DNA of 64,000 nucleotides from Perkinsela sp. CCAP 1560/9 (Eukaryota > Protista > Euglenozoa: Kinetoplastea): NCBI GenBank assembly GCA_965644495.1, contig CBFFSA010000006.1:558001-622000 (forward strand). The letters are read 5' to 3'. The notes under the pieces are model-generated. The model saw only the letters and a program-made list of their open reading frames with translations. It did no database searches and had not been told where the DNA came from. This document shows, piece by piece, positions 11,440-22,931 of this stretch (position 1 is the first letter of the stretch; each line of letters begins with the position of its first letter). A program made the translations under genes and the position numbers.

Positions 11440-11586
11440 TACTCTTACTCCAAAATATTTTGTATCAGTTTTTGGCGCAATATGCTATTTCATATGCTAT
11501 TTCACCTTTTTGTACTAATGTCGTGTACTAGAGCCGTAATATATATTGCTAAGTCCGTTATGCGAATCTATGAATTTTCTTAGTCT

Positions 11587-14500
11587 ATGAACACAAGGTC
11601 ATCAAGAAATAGTTTACAGGATCATGACAGCATCAGGTCCGATATTCATGGTTTGCCCAATGAACACAGGAACTTCGAGCTTCATAGTAGTGCGAGTACA
11701 GAAGTTTTTGAAGCCAGGGAAGTGACCAAAGACACTAGTCTTAATAAAAAAGCAACTCACGGAAACGAGTCGTCAAAAAAGCTTTTATCAGCACGTGCAG
11801 AACCCTTTTACGCGATGAAATTGGTATCCTCATCTTCATATACTTATAATGGTAGCAATGTGAAAGAAATTAGTTTATATTCAGAAGTACCATATCTTAC
11901 CCAAGATTCTTGGATACCCTACGATGTGTCTTGCAAGGAATTAGCGAATACTAAAAAAACCTCTTCAAAGCAACAACGCACTCCTCGGCGCTGCAGTCAA
12001 GCTGACAATCTAATTCCAATACAATTCAAAGTACAAGATAATCCTGTGCAGACACTTTCTATTGATGCAGCGACGCGCAAAAAACAACCAAAGCAACCAT
12101 GTCCCTTTACTTCTTGCGCTACTGATTTTAATTTTGATGGAACACAATTGCACGCTACAAAACCACAAACAGAGGTCAGTTCCACCAGTGTATTAAACGT
12201 GGATCAGTTCAATGATAATCATCGTCATTTCCAACCTGTTAATATGCCACACACTGAATGCGTCGGACATCAAACCAAAGAAATCTGTCAGGAAGAGCAA
12301 GGTGAATCACTTGGACATAATAATAACAGTATATTAGGCACCTCAGCATGTTTATCCTCAGATCCTATTCCACATGTGCCGCGCACAATGTTGCCTCTCG
12401 AGAATACTCCTCTGGCTCCTATAACGTGGGTACGTCCGGTACATAATTATGAAGATATTCATAATCCTAGCTACCTTCCTCGTGTTAACTACTGTTCACG
12501 TGAATATATACCTTTTAAAACTCATGTTCGAGGCGAAAAACAGCTCTCAGATAATTTCAACAGCCAAAGCAGACCCTATTTTTGCCCTGACACTATTGAA
12601 AACAAACCGAAACGTGCATCAATAAAGTATCACGGAAACAACTCGACTCAATGTGCGGACAAAAAAGAAGCATTGGCCACGGAGCAATCCGAATCAAGCA
12701 GCGCTATTTCAAAAAATGAACGAAAGCATGATCAGAAAAAAGCTGGACGAAAGCATGGAAAAATTTCTCTTGAATTATCTTCTAGCTGTAACTCTATTGA
12801 TAGAACTTCAAACCGAACAATATTGGATTGCTCGCCTGAGGTGTCGGAAAAGCCTCTAACTTCCGACAATACATTTTCAGATTTCTCGAAAAAGATCGAC
12901 ATGCAAGAGGCGTTTGGCGCAGAAGATGGAACATCTTTATTCTCTCAAAAGCTAAATCCAGAACAGCTTCGTTCGACCTGTCAAACTTCGCCAATTAGCA
13001 ATTCAGAGTCTGAAGTTACTCAAAACTCATCATACTTTTCCTCAGCTATAAATCGAGAAACTGAAGAAACAAGTTGCTCGAAAACGCTTCCCACAAATTG
13101 CGCATGCGTATCGTGTTCTCTCAAGTTGGAACATACAGATATAGCACATTCCAATAAAAAAGAAGACAAATCACATGCCGGTGAAACGAAGAAGAGGGAT
13201 CCCAACGGTCACAATGTGTCTCAAAAGCATAAACATAGGGAGCAGTGCGTATGTATTCTTGGCAGGCCTTGTTCCAGTGGCGCTAGTGGGCAAGATATAT
13301 ATTTGGAAAGGAATTCACCATCAGCAGGTGTGCACTTAAGAAATGTTGTGGCTGATAGCACTGCAGAAACACCACTTTATCGCACAAAGACGTGCGAAAT
13401 AGGCAAATCTATGGCTCAAACGTCCTTGCAAGACAAATTTTGTTCTAGAACTCAACACTTTCCCACTGAACATTCTGAGAAACTCTTGCACCAAGCTAAG
13501 TTACAGATTTCTGAAGATTTCGTTTCAGATGACGAAAATTCAGAATCTGATCCACTTTGGATAGACACTTCACCGCAAAAAGATCGAAGCAAACGGAACA
13601 ACAAGTCAAAAAAAAATCAAGTCTTGAAAAATTCAACAATGAGGGAGCAATGTCTAACATCCGGTAAAGAATTTAACATTTTTCTTCGCACCATGTCGAC
13701 GGTAAAGAGTAAAAATTCTTCACCTAATGTTTCCGTAATTCAAAAAAAGAACAAAATCAAAGCACACAAAAGTGGTTTCTTCCGTGCTGAAATAACAGCC
13801 TTAATACGTGATTACGCAGCTTTGGTGGAGAAAGCGGATGCGTGTCGAAAATCTCCTGCAGCCCGCTTGCTGTTGTTGCAGGAAGCTCTTCCTCTTGCTG
13901 AAGAGATTAATGATATTCCTATGTTGCATGAGCAACTTTTAGATATGTCAGAATTATATAACGAAGTGGGAGAATTTCGGAAAGCACAAGAATGCGCTGA
14001 GCGCGTGTTACTCTCTGAAGAAACGTGTTCGTCACAGAAGCAAAATAGAATTGTTCTTCTTCGTTGTAATGCAGTTCTTGGCAGAAGTTTCGAAAGTCTT
14101 GTACAACCTGAGAAAGCTAAGCCATTCCTCGATGCTGCCATTCGTTTATCCCGAGAAATTGGGGATAAGCATCGTGAAGCTGCAGTTATGGGACACTTAG
14201 GTATCGTCCATGAATTAATGGGAGACTATACAACTGCTTTTCTGCTCTATGCTGAAACACTGCGCATGGCCCAATCGTTGAAAGACCTTCGTATACTATG
14301 CGAAACTACTGCAAACCTTGGACTTGCTCACCTTTCGATAGGGGATCTCGATGCCGCTCACAAATTATTAATGAATAATGTACCTGTGGCTCGATCACTC
14401 CGCGACTACACGCTCGCATCAAGAGCACTTACCAACGTGGCCCACGTGCACCTGTTACGTGGTGACCTTGAAAAGGCTAAATACTTTCACCGGGAAGAAC

Positions 14501-16695
14501 TCCTTGTCAATGAAGAAAATCAAGACTCACAAGGTGTTGCACAAGCCTTAAGCTGTCTTGGCAACGTTTGTAAAACTCAAGGAGAGTACGACGAAGCCTC
14601 TTCATACTTTCTCCAAGAATTGTGCGTCGTTCAGCGACTTGGAAACGATATTCGTGTACTGGAGAGTCTTAGTAATTGTGGTACAATTTTTCGTTTGATG
14701 AAAGATTTTAATAGGGCACGTGATTACCACCGCAGGGAGCGGGTTTGTGCAGGAAGTACATCTGACGTCGTTGTACTAGCCAAAGCTATTTTGAACCTCG
14801 CTGACGTTGATTCTCAAGAAGGTATGTATCAAAAGATGCCCGTTCTCCTACAAACGGCTATAGAACGTTATCATCGAACTTTGTATCTAGTATGTGAAGG
14901 AGTACCGCACGACGAAAGGCAGTTGTACATGATTAAAGTAGGTTGTTGCGAGGCTGAGTGGCGTGCATTAGACGGACTTGAAACTGCACATCGTTATATG
15001 GACGACATCGAGAGCGCTGTATGGAGAGCGGACGCTAAACATCTACCTTTGGTCACACAAATACTGCGCCGCGAGTTGGATAAGCCCATGAGTGATAGTT
15101 CTGGGGACCTTGTTAGCAGACTTTCCATAGACGTTGAAAAACGAATTTCTTCAATAATGAGTACAGAACCTATTTCGCAAATCTCTACACCTTCCACTGA
15201 CCAAATACGAAGTTTTCTTGCACGCAAATTCTTATCATATGATATTCGTTTCGCGTTAAACGAAATGGAACTAGATACCATAGTACTTTATTCAATGTAT
15301 TGGGATGACGGGCACGATCTACATGCGTATGTGTTTCATCGTACTGAACAAATATGGCATACAGTCCCGCTCATATTCTCCACCAAATCAAGCAAAGTGT
15401 TAGCCGCTCAAAACGGGACTTATCGGCGACTTCTCGTTGACACTGATCTCGATATGCCTTTACTTCCGCACACCATTTACAGCAAGGGCGAGCGTCTCGC
15501 AGCCGAAGAAACACCTGAAAACTTGCAGGAATCCATGACAGTGATCTACAATGATTTTATTTATCCCCTAGAGACAGTTTTGAAGCGTTCTGGCGAGTCG
15601 AACTCTATATGTTTTGTTACCGATGGTCTACTGATAAATATACCTTTCGCTGTTCTTCAGGATTATGAAGGGAGATATTTGATCGAACGCTATGCGATAA
15701 ACACAGTACCCAGTTTGGAACAATTGGTGTTGCTTCATGAGCGTCGAAAAAGCAAACGCCTCCCCGCGCAAAATTGTCCCGCGCAAAATTTATCTATTCA
15801 ACGTAACTTCAAATTGTTGTGCCTTACAGGGTCAAGCAATTCCTTTCCGAGTACATCAATATTCGACTTTACGAACCAGCGGGAGAGTTTCGACATAAAT
15901 GAAAAAGATCCAAAATGTTCTAACAGAGCTCACGTGAATAGTCGACTGGTCAACGAATCTGATTGGTTTCAGCACCACTATTGTTGCTCTGTCGAATATC
16001 TCCATCAGGCAATGATGGAACCTCGTGAACTTGTGTTATTGCATTTTCCTACTGATTGCGAAATGCGGGAAGATTACACAGGTTCGTTCGTTACCGGCGA
16101 AAATCAAATCAGCAGCGAAGAAATTGTAACGTCGTGGAAATCATTAAATATTGGAACCATTGTATGCGATGGATTTAGTTCCTTCTCCTATCGCGTTATA
16201 CATGAGTCCTGTGTGGGACTAACCCGCTCATTGCTTGCGGTGGGGGCGGATCGTATTCTTGGTTTGCATTGGCTTTCAGACGAAAAATTTGAAGAATTTG
16301 AATCTAACCTAGTGCAATCAAGTTGCCGACATGCACCTGAAACGGAACCAGGGAACTCTGAAAGAACCTTGCAAATGCCTGAAGACCCTTGGGATGCAGC
16401 ACAAAGCTATATTTCCAAACAATTCCAGTACACGCAAGCGTCAAATTCGTGCCACAAACGAAAAACAGTACCTCAAGTAGTTCCTAAGGACCTCTTATAT
16501 GATATTTGGAGCGCGCACACGCCACTGACGCCTTGCGAATCCGGTCAGGATAAAGCATTGACGTCAAATAGCGAAGACACTGAAAAATCTCCCCTTTGCA
16601 TTGCACGCATATTACAAAAATACCAAATCAAATGCATCAAGGATGGCATTTCTCCTTGGATTTGGGGGAGATATACTATTATAGGTCTTCCATAA
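11587..16695 (+). CDS. TTC28-like TPR-repeat + CHAT (caspase-fold) domain protein with a long disordered N-terminus
   Basis: TPR array (A.VMGHLG.VH..MGDY..A, ALSCLGNV...QGEYDEA); CHAT motifs FVTDG.L..IPFA.L, YLIERY.I...PSL, VGLTRSLL..GA..I...W and terminal P..WG.Y.IIG. Confidence 0.85.
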   Translation: MNTRSSRNSLQDHDSIRSDIHGLPNEHRNFELHSSASTEVFEAREVTKDTSLNKKATHGNESSKKLLSARAEPFYAMKLVSSSSYTYNGSNVKEISLYSEVPYLTQDSWIPYDVSCKELANTKKTSSKQQRTPRRCSQADNLIPIQFKVQDNPVQTLSIDAATRKKQPKQPCPFTSCATDFNFDGTQLHATKPQTEVSSTSVLNVDQFNDNHRHFQPVNMPHTECVGHQTKEICQEEQGESLGHNNNSILGTSACLSSDPIPHVPRTMLPLENTPLAPITWVRPVHNYEDIHNPSYLPRVNYCSREYIPFKTHVRGEKQLSDNFNSQSRPYFCPDTIENKPKRASIKYHGNNSTQCADKKEALATEQSESSSAISKNERKHDQKKAGRKHGKISLELSSSCNSIDRTSNRTILDCSPEVSEKPLTSDNTFSDFSKKIDMQEAFGAEDGTSLFSQKLNPEQLRSTCQTSPISNSESEVTQNSSYFSSAINRETEETSCSKTLPTNCACVSCSLKLEHTDIAHSNKKEDKSHAGETKKRDPNGHNVSQKHKHREQCVCILGRPCSSGASGQDIYLERNSPSAGVHLRNVVADSTAETPLYRTKTCEIGKSMAQTSLQDKFCSRTQHFPTEHSEKLLHQAKLQISEDFVSDDENSESDPLWIDTSPQKDRSKRNNKSKKNQVLKNSTMREQCLTSGKEFNIFLRTMSTVKSKNSSPNVSVIQKKNKIKAHKSGFFRAEITALIRDYAALVEKADACRKSPAARLLLLQEALPLAEEINDIPMLHEQLLDMSELYNEVGEFRKAQECAERVLLSEETCSSQKQNRIVLLRCNAVLGRSFESLVQPEKAKPFLDAAIRLSREIGDKHREAAVMGHLGIVHELMGDYTTAFLLYAETLRMAQSLKDLRILCETTANLGLAHLSIGDLDAAHKLLMNNVPVARSLRDYTLASRALTNVAHVHLLRGDLEKAKYFHREELLVNEENQDSQGVAQALSCLGNVCKTQGEYDEASSYFLQELCVVQRLGNDIRVLESLSNCGTIFRLMKDFNRARDYHRRERVCAGSTSDVVVLAKAILNLADVDSQEGMYQKMPVLLQTAIERYHRTLYLVCEGVPHDERQLYMIKVGCCEAEWRALDGLETAHRYMDDIESAVWRADAKHLPLVTQILRRELDKPMSDSSGDLVSRLSIDVEKRISSIMSTEPISQISTPSTDQIRSFLARKFLSYDIRFALNEMELDTIVLYSMYWDDGHDLHAYVFHRTEQIWHTVPLIFSTKSSKVLAAQNGTYRRLLVDTDLDMPLLPHTIYSKGERLAAEETPENLQESMTVIYNDFIYPLETVLKRSGESNSICFVTDGLLINIPFAVLQDYEGRYLIERYAINTVPSLEQLVLLHERRKSKRLPAQNCPAQNLSIQRNFKLLCLTGSSNSFPSTSIFDFTNQRESFDINEKDPKCSNRAHVNSRLVNESDWFQHHYCCSVEYLHQAMMEPRELVLLHFPTDCEMREDYTGSFVTGENQISSEEIVTSWKSLNIGTIVCDGFSSFSYRVIHESCVGLTRSLLAVGADRILGLHWLSDEKFEEFESNLVQSSCRHAPETEPGNSERTLQMPEDPWDAAQSYISKQFQYTQASNSCHKRKTVPQVVPKDLLYDIWSAHTPLTPCESGQDKALTSNSEDTEKSPLCIARILQKYQIKCIKDGISPWIWGRYTIIGLP

Positions 16696-17186
16696 CCTTG
16701 CATTGGTGCAAAAAATACGTTTATATTATTTTGTAAATCTGCTGCAAACCTTTTTTCGTACAGAATACATATAAATATTAACATAATAATATTAATATAT
16801 GCTCACACAAAATTTTACAGCGGAAGAGCTAGAGGGAGTTCGTTTCTTCGCGTCCCTTATTTATTCATTCAACACACATGTAGTATACTTAATATTGTCT
16901 TATTTCGCACTCCTATTAAGGGAGAGAATTGTATATGTGGATCTTTGTGGCAGCTGATGCTGCCAGAGCAATACAAGACAGTTTTATCTTGAAATGTTTC
17001 TTGCTAGCATCTTGCGTTGGCAAGATAATCACATATTACATCACAAGCTTTTTCAGTGTTCTTTGTTAGGTATTAAATACAGCAATCGTAAACATCTCAG
17101 TATCACTGTATTTTTCATTGGCGAAATTCATTCACAAAAACCGTTCAAAAAAATATATGCTGATCTATTCGTTGTACAGTATCTGA

Positions 17187-17945
17187 ATGTTTCTAACCGT
17201 TCATAGTGCACAAGGTGCCGATCCTTCTAAAAGAAGGAATCGCCCGGGAAAAGTTTCAAATGTAGTTCTATCATTCGAATGTGAAATGGAGCGTCTTTTA
17301 TCTGGTGTGGAGGATCCTCACAGTACTTGGAATTCTCATGTGCCGCTTGACGAATGGTATGCAGTACGGTTTTCCGGTTCTACGGAGAGACCAAAGCTTT
17401 GTCTAGGACTCGGAAATTTTCAAGGAAAATTGAATGCAATGTTTCTTCCAAGATCATTGTTTGCTTTTCGCGCATCAGGAAATCAATTTTATGGTCCATT
17501 TGATTTCTCTGTGCTACCGTCTGGGCTTTGGGAAATTGATATCTCTAAAAACAAGTTTACCGGTGGGGTAAATCTTAATCAACTCCCGTCCTCGCTTCGA
17601 AATTTGTACGCATCGTCGAATATATTTACGGGGCCCATAGATCTAACACAACTTTCTCAAGGTTTGGCTATTTTAGATCTTTCCTACAACCTTCTTGATG
17701 GTGGGTTAAAGTTGGATTGCCTTCCATCTCGACTTCAGCAACTGGTACTGGACCACAATAGATTTTCTGGAAGTCTTGTACTTTCGTCACTCAATAAGGG
17801 ACTTCGTGGTTTGGGGTTATCGCACAATCAGTTCGTAGGAGAGGTAGATCTTTCGAGCATTACATCCGCGTTACACACGTTACATCTGAGCGGAAACAAT
17901 GTTGAGGTATGCGGCGACCGACGTTCGCTATTGGGACTCCTTTAG
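17187..17945 (+). CDS. Leucine-rich repeat protein
   Basis: Repeated LPxxLxxLxLxxNxFxGxxDLxx units; resembles the expanded LRR family I recall from Perkinsela. Confidence 0.9.
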   Translation: MFLTVHSAQGADPSKRRNRPGKVSNVVLSFECEMERLLSGVEDPHSTWNSHVPLDEWYAVRFSGSTERPKLCLGLGNFQGKLNAMFLPRSLFAFRASGNQFYGPFDFSVLPSGLWEIDISKNKFTGGVNLNQLPSSLRNLYASSNIFTGPIDLTQLSQGLAILDLSYNLLDGGLKLDCLPSRLQQLVLDHNRFSGSLVLSSLNKGLRGLGLSHNQFVGEVDLSSITSALHTLHLSGNNVEVCGDRRSLLGLL

Positions 17946-18041
17946 GATAAGCTGGTCCACTTCCTATACTTTTCTAAGTGTACCGCCGTGGTGTGCGCTG
18001 ATAATAATGTAGTTTGTTGATATTTCACCAAAACAAAGGTA

Positions 18042-18830
18042 CAGCATTGGAGTCTGTGCTAAACTTGGTTTTCACGAATTTTCACAAGTTTTCACCTGTA
18101 ATTCATTTTATCTATTTTGGTGCAATTCTCAACTTTTCTTTTATCATGGAGTAATATTTCGAATAAACTTTATTTTTTATGTCCGTGCAGTCCTCAATCA
18201 TTCGTCAAGTGTTTGGCGAAATGCATGAAAACTACACCATTCACTATTCCTCGTGCAGGTCGCCCTAGCTTTTGTGTGTATTGTAAGTGGTGCCCCACTC
18301 CTGACGAACAAAGGGATAGATGTGTGTTTTGACTCGAGGACGGCGTCCTACAGGGCACTGAAGTCTGCGTTCATTGTGGACAAAGTCAAGTTGTTGAAGC
18401 ATTGAAATACGACAGCGAATTGTTGCCTGAGAAAAGGGCTGCAACAGATGCCAAGATTTTTTCAGCTCGGATGCAGCGTAAGCGGTATCCCCGACCAAAT
18501 TCAACATCCCGTAACCAGCGTACCTTGGATGGATTCGTATATTCTAACAATCAACATTCCAATAGCCGTTGGTTACAAATAGGCACGGAAGGTAATTCTG
18601 ATAATGAGGAAGATGTTGTTTTAACTTAATTTACGGTTTTAGTGTAGTGTATTTCCAAACATGATAGTTTAGACTACAGTTTGGGGCTTTATTACGGGAC
18701 ACTAAACCCCACCCCCACATTGTCCCTTAAATCTGTGGCTCAATGGGGATTTTTGGTTTTCACGAATCTTCACAAAACTTCACGAATTTTCACAAGATTT
18801 CACTTGATATTTACACAGACTCTATTGATG
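18042..18830 (+). mobile_element. Internally deleted hAT-like element with a BED-finger-like remnant
   Basis: Imperfect TIRs CAGCATTGGAGTCTGTG.TAAA / reverse complement CATCAATAGAGTCTGTGTAAA; 10-bp TTTTCACRAR subterminal repeats at both ends; internal VYCKWCP...CVF fragment. No clear TSD. Confidence 0.5.
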
Positions 18831-18961
18831 TCAGCTGGCTAGGGTGCGTGAAAGCAGGCTAGGGTGCGTGTTTTTCATGAAATTGTATTCTGTTCTATTA
18901 TTGTTCAATTTGCTTTTTCTAATATATTTTCACATGAGAAGTAATACATCAAGCACATGTA

Positions 18962-20300
18962 CAGTATGCAAAAAAACTGTTCATATGTTTGACACTTTTT
19001 TTTGTTGGTGTTTCCCTGTGGCCAGGTGTGGTGTGCATTGAAGTAGTATATCAGAGTAGTGTACGCGTGGGTACTACGTATATGCCATAGAGCTTCCGAC
19101 TATATAGGCTTTCTAATAAACGTATGATTGTACGCAACTCAAAAAAAAACATGTCAACAGTTTTTTTGCAATTTTGAAAAAACGTATTTTTGACGGAGAA
19201 CACAATATGCTTGGTCAAAGGGGCATAGCTCTTTCACTCTCTCTCAAAGGGGCATAACTCTTTCACTTTAAACTTAATTTTGGACTTATCCCTTAGTACT
19301 TCGTGACGCCCTCTTTCGCCTTGATTACAGCCTTCATTCGTCGAGGCATGCTTTCTACCACAGAGTAACATAGACTTTCTGGAATTTTAGCCCATTCTTC
19401 TTGGGCCCACTTCCAGAGTTCCAAAACTCCTGTTGGTGCGATGGAACGACCTGCAATCGCTCTTTTGATTCCAAATATTCTCAATGGGATTGAGATCGGG
19501 GGACTGCGCAGGCCACTCCAGAAGCGTGTACGACTCATCAGCAAAGAATTTCTTTGCCAATTTGCGCGTATGCTTCGGATCGTTATCCTGTTGAAAAATC
19601 ATACAATCTTTCTTCAGACCAAGGTCTTCTAGAGAATTTTCCAGATTGTCACGAAGAATGCGAACGTATTGTTCTGCATTCATGTTATCATCAACAAGAA
19701 CGATCTTCCCCACACCAGTAGGTGCCATGCAGCCCCATAGCATGATGGACCCCCCTCTGTACTTGACTGTCCCACGGGTGGTCCTGTCATTCAAACCTTC
19801 CCCTGGAGACTTGTAGACCAAATTGTCTCCCACATTCTCGAAGCGACAAAGTTTTGTCTCGTCCGACCATAACGCCTTTGACCAATCTGCGAAGGTCCAA
19901 TGCTGGTGTCGGAAAGCAAGCTTTAATCGCAGTTTCTTTTGACGGCGAGTCAACTTCGGCTTTTTTATACGTTTACCGGCTTGTAGCTCATTTGAACGCG
20001 GAGCATTGCGAACTGACTGGGGAGTTAAATTAATGATACGCTCTTCGCGGAGTCTCATGCTTACAGTACCAGCGTTCTTTTCATCACCGCATACAATAAG
20101 AAGTTTCATGCGTCGAGAGCATGTCTCTGTGATTTTGCAGGGGCCGCCTTTTGATGTTTCTATATGTGAAAGATTTGTTTTGCTTATCTTAGAAACATAA
20201 CCTACGCTGAGCCTGTGTTCACCGCAAATTTGCGTACAAACTTTCCCAACTTAAGAGATTCAATGACTCTGGTGCGTATTTCGCGGGGTATTGATTTCAT
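18962..20300 (-). mobile_element. Tc1-family DNA transposon, truncated at the transposase 5' side
   Basis: TA|CAGTATGCAAAAAAACTGTT terminus at 18962, with a perfect 15-bp inverted copy at 19156-19170; 23-bp direct repeat at ~19217-19266; transposase on the minus strand. Confidence 0.75.
19293..20300 (-). pseudogene. Tc1 (DD34E) transposase, frameshifted
   Basis: MKSIPREIR start at 20300; WSDETK, GGSIMLWGCM, FQQDNDPKH, WPAQSPDLNPIENIW and (next frame) EEWAKIP...SMPRRMKAVIKAKEGVTKY. Confidence 0.92.
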
Positions 20301-20386
20301 TGTATAGTAAATTTAAAGTTTTAGTCCTAAGGTTCGTTTCCTATGAAATTAATACCCCGCGAAGTACGCACCAGAGTCATTGAATC
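20257..20386. repeat. 44-bp inverted repeat (arms 20257-20300 and 20343-20386)
   Basis: Arm 2 is a 42/44 identical inverted copy of the first 44 nt of the Tc1 transposase CDS. Confidence 0.95.
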
Positions 20387-21170
20387 CAGAGTTCGATCCA
20401 TAATCAAGGAATAGCTGTAATTAGTGCGAAAGATTTTAAGAGATTACTTTTTGCACTAATTAAAATTTGTCGCTTCGTTAAAGTTTCACCCGAAGCCCCT
20501 CATACCATTATTTTGAAAGTGCAATGTGAAACCGCAATGTGTACTAATTAAATGCGGAATTTTATCCTTTGGAAAACTAGCGAAAAGCAGTTCGCACAAC
20601 ATAATTCAGAAGATCAACGGTTAACAAACAACGTGCCGTGATGCGCGATATTTTTGAGGCTAGTGTTGACTACGACGACGCCATAAGAGGAACAAATAAT
20701 CTGAAATGAAGATTTCACAAAAAATAGAAATAAAATTTATTTCACTAATTAAATGCACAATGATTTTTCACCACAGTAATTATGGATCGGACGGTATTTC
20801 CACCTTAAACAAAAATAATTTTTTATCAGGGTTCGCGGAAACTTTAAAACTTTCAAGAAAGTACGTTAAAGTTACTCTATTTTTGTTTTTCTAAAAACTT
20901 TCAAAAAAAAATTCTTTATTCTTTTTTTCTATTACACAATACACGATACGCCTCTATACAATGCACGACACTCTTTTTTCCGATGGAAAAGCTCACCCGG
21001 GGCACTTTTTGTAAAGAATTCTTTGCTCAAGTACCTAATGCAGAGGGCGACAAGCAGATGGTGGAATGCAAATTGTGTCCTGAGAGTAGCAAAAACGTTT
21101 TTTGACGGCACGAGGTCTGCAGACCGATTACATATCGGCAGAAAGTCATCTTCGAGAGCCCCATAAAACT
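20387..21170 (+). mobile_element. Decayed hAT-like element end with a BED zinc-finger remnant
   Basis: Repeated ACTAATTAAA(TGC) motifs (~20455, 20543, 20744; inverted copy ~20418). ORF remnant from 20983, MEKLTRGTFCKEFF...VECKLCPE...VF, then frameshifted SHLREPH (CxxC...HLxxxH). Confidence 0.5.
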
Positions 21171-21979
21171 TTTATCATAGCTTTTAAAAAGCTATGATGC
21201 GTGGTGCACGGAACAAAGGGAGAAATATCGCCGTGAAAATCCAACGTTGCACGTAAGTTCCCAAACCGCGACGCCTGAGCACCACAAGGATATAATAATC
21301 TGGAAATCGGAATGTGACATTCCAACCTCGGCCCTTGAGAGCCCAATATTTCGCCACAAAATGGAATGTGCCCCACCCCACCTCGAAGAGAAAAGCTGAA
21401 TAAACTTACCATTGAGTACGCCAAGCAAATCCGTATAAAACATGCATTGACTTTGCATTTGAATTTTCGGATTTAAGTGTATGTATGGATACATCCACTA
21501 TTTTGCATGCTGGCGAGTATGATTTGGATCACAAGAGGCGTGGGAGCTGGGAAAAAGTTGATTTATCTGCAATTTTGTGAAATTTATATAATAAAAGTTT
21601 GAAACTATTTGTTTAATTCAAGGATTTTTGAGCTTTTGTGCGGGACGAGTTTGAACCGTTCGTGTGTTTCGTATTTAATTAAGCCATTAGGCTGGTATCT
21701 ATATGACTTACTTATCTACATTACGTTTCTACATTGCTTATGTATGGGAAAATTTTCAACAGTTAAAGTCTTTTGTGTCTAAGTTATCATTTGGGCTGAT
21801 ATCTCACTGATTAAGAGTTCGAACTTTCTGATCTCTCCAAGTGTCTACATTGTTGTATTTATTCAATAAACAAGTTTTAGTGAATTCCCTTTTTGCAACA
21901 TATTTTGTCTCTTCCAAATAGGTAAGGTTCTTCTTATACTTAACAGTAGGTGTTTCAGTAAGGTTTTTTCAAGTTTCTT

Positions 21980-22552
21980 ATGCCACGCTCTCTTATTGGA
22001 GAAAGGCTTTTGCGCAATCAAGGGTGGGACGGTACCGATACTATACTTGGAACATCTGGTTTTGGACTTTCGAAGCCTTTGGATGGGATAACGTTGGCTA
22101 CAGGAGGTTTAAATTCTGGACTCGGTGATTCTAAGCTTGGTTCATTTTCAAGGCAAGAGGAGTGGAGTCGGTCTCACCTAGAACCTTTTCACAATGTACT
22201 CTCACGAGTAAGTGGCTTTCGAAAAAGGGCTTTATCTTCTCCGAATACAGAAATGCAACTGCCTAAAAGTGAAGAAAACAAGAATGAGCACCGATCTGCG
22301 AAAGTTAGTTCAAGAAAGCGCAAAACGAAAATGGCAATGAATGATTCAATCAATTTAAAAGGCTCACAAGTACACGAAGTTGAAGATGACGCAGATTTTC
22401 CTTTGGTTTTTTCACCACATGATACCTGCAAGAGTCGCATCTCACCTATCCTGGGATCTCGCCGAGTTGTCTATCAAAGGCAAGTGAATATGCGCACTAA
22501 GGTTCACCGGTGTAAAAAAAGTTTAAATGAAGTTCTTGGGAAATCAGAGTAG
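21980..22552 (+). CDS. G-patch domain protein (PinX1/Pxr1-like)
   Basis: N-terminal IGERLLRNQGW....LG..G.G...P....GLG G-patch followed by a basic tail. Confidence 0.75.
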   Translation: MPRSLIGERLLRNQGWDGTDTILGTSGFGLSKPLDGITLATGGLNSGLGDSKLGSFSRQEEWSRSHLEPFHNVLSRVSGFRKRALSSPNTEMQLPKSEENKNEHRSAKVSSRKRKTKMAMNDSINLKGSQVHEVEDDADFPLVFSPHDTCKSRISPILGSRRVVYQRQVNMRTKVHRCKKSLNEVLGKSE

Positions 22553-22931
22553 TTTTTTTTGTTTTCGTCAACGTTCTTTTTATTATTTATTGCACCGCGC
22601 TATTCCAATTGTAGTATTAGTACTAGCATTCATATTTCTTTTCGTCGAATAGATTTCGGGGCGCCAGTATTACTTATGGACGTACATGCATGTCACGCTT
22701 TTTCCTATTTCTTGATCAATTTGCATTCTTGTTTTAGCTAAAAAAAACTTATTTCCTTTTTCTTTTTATCATAATAAAAGTTTTTATCGTATTAAAAATC
22801 TGAGAATTATTCCAAAAAGCAATGGGGCGCCAAAGAAGTCTGCTCCTTCCCTCAGATTGTACTTGCACTCACAGTTGTACACTCAGGATGTAGTTATCTG
22901 CTTAGTTTTCTGTTGAAATATTTAATCCATT

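Noticed and set aside
20388-20400. GAGTTCGATCC (and GAGTTCGAAC at ~21815), resembling a tRNA T-loop/B box
   Set aside because: No T-stem, D-arm or acceptor stem can be built.
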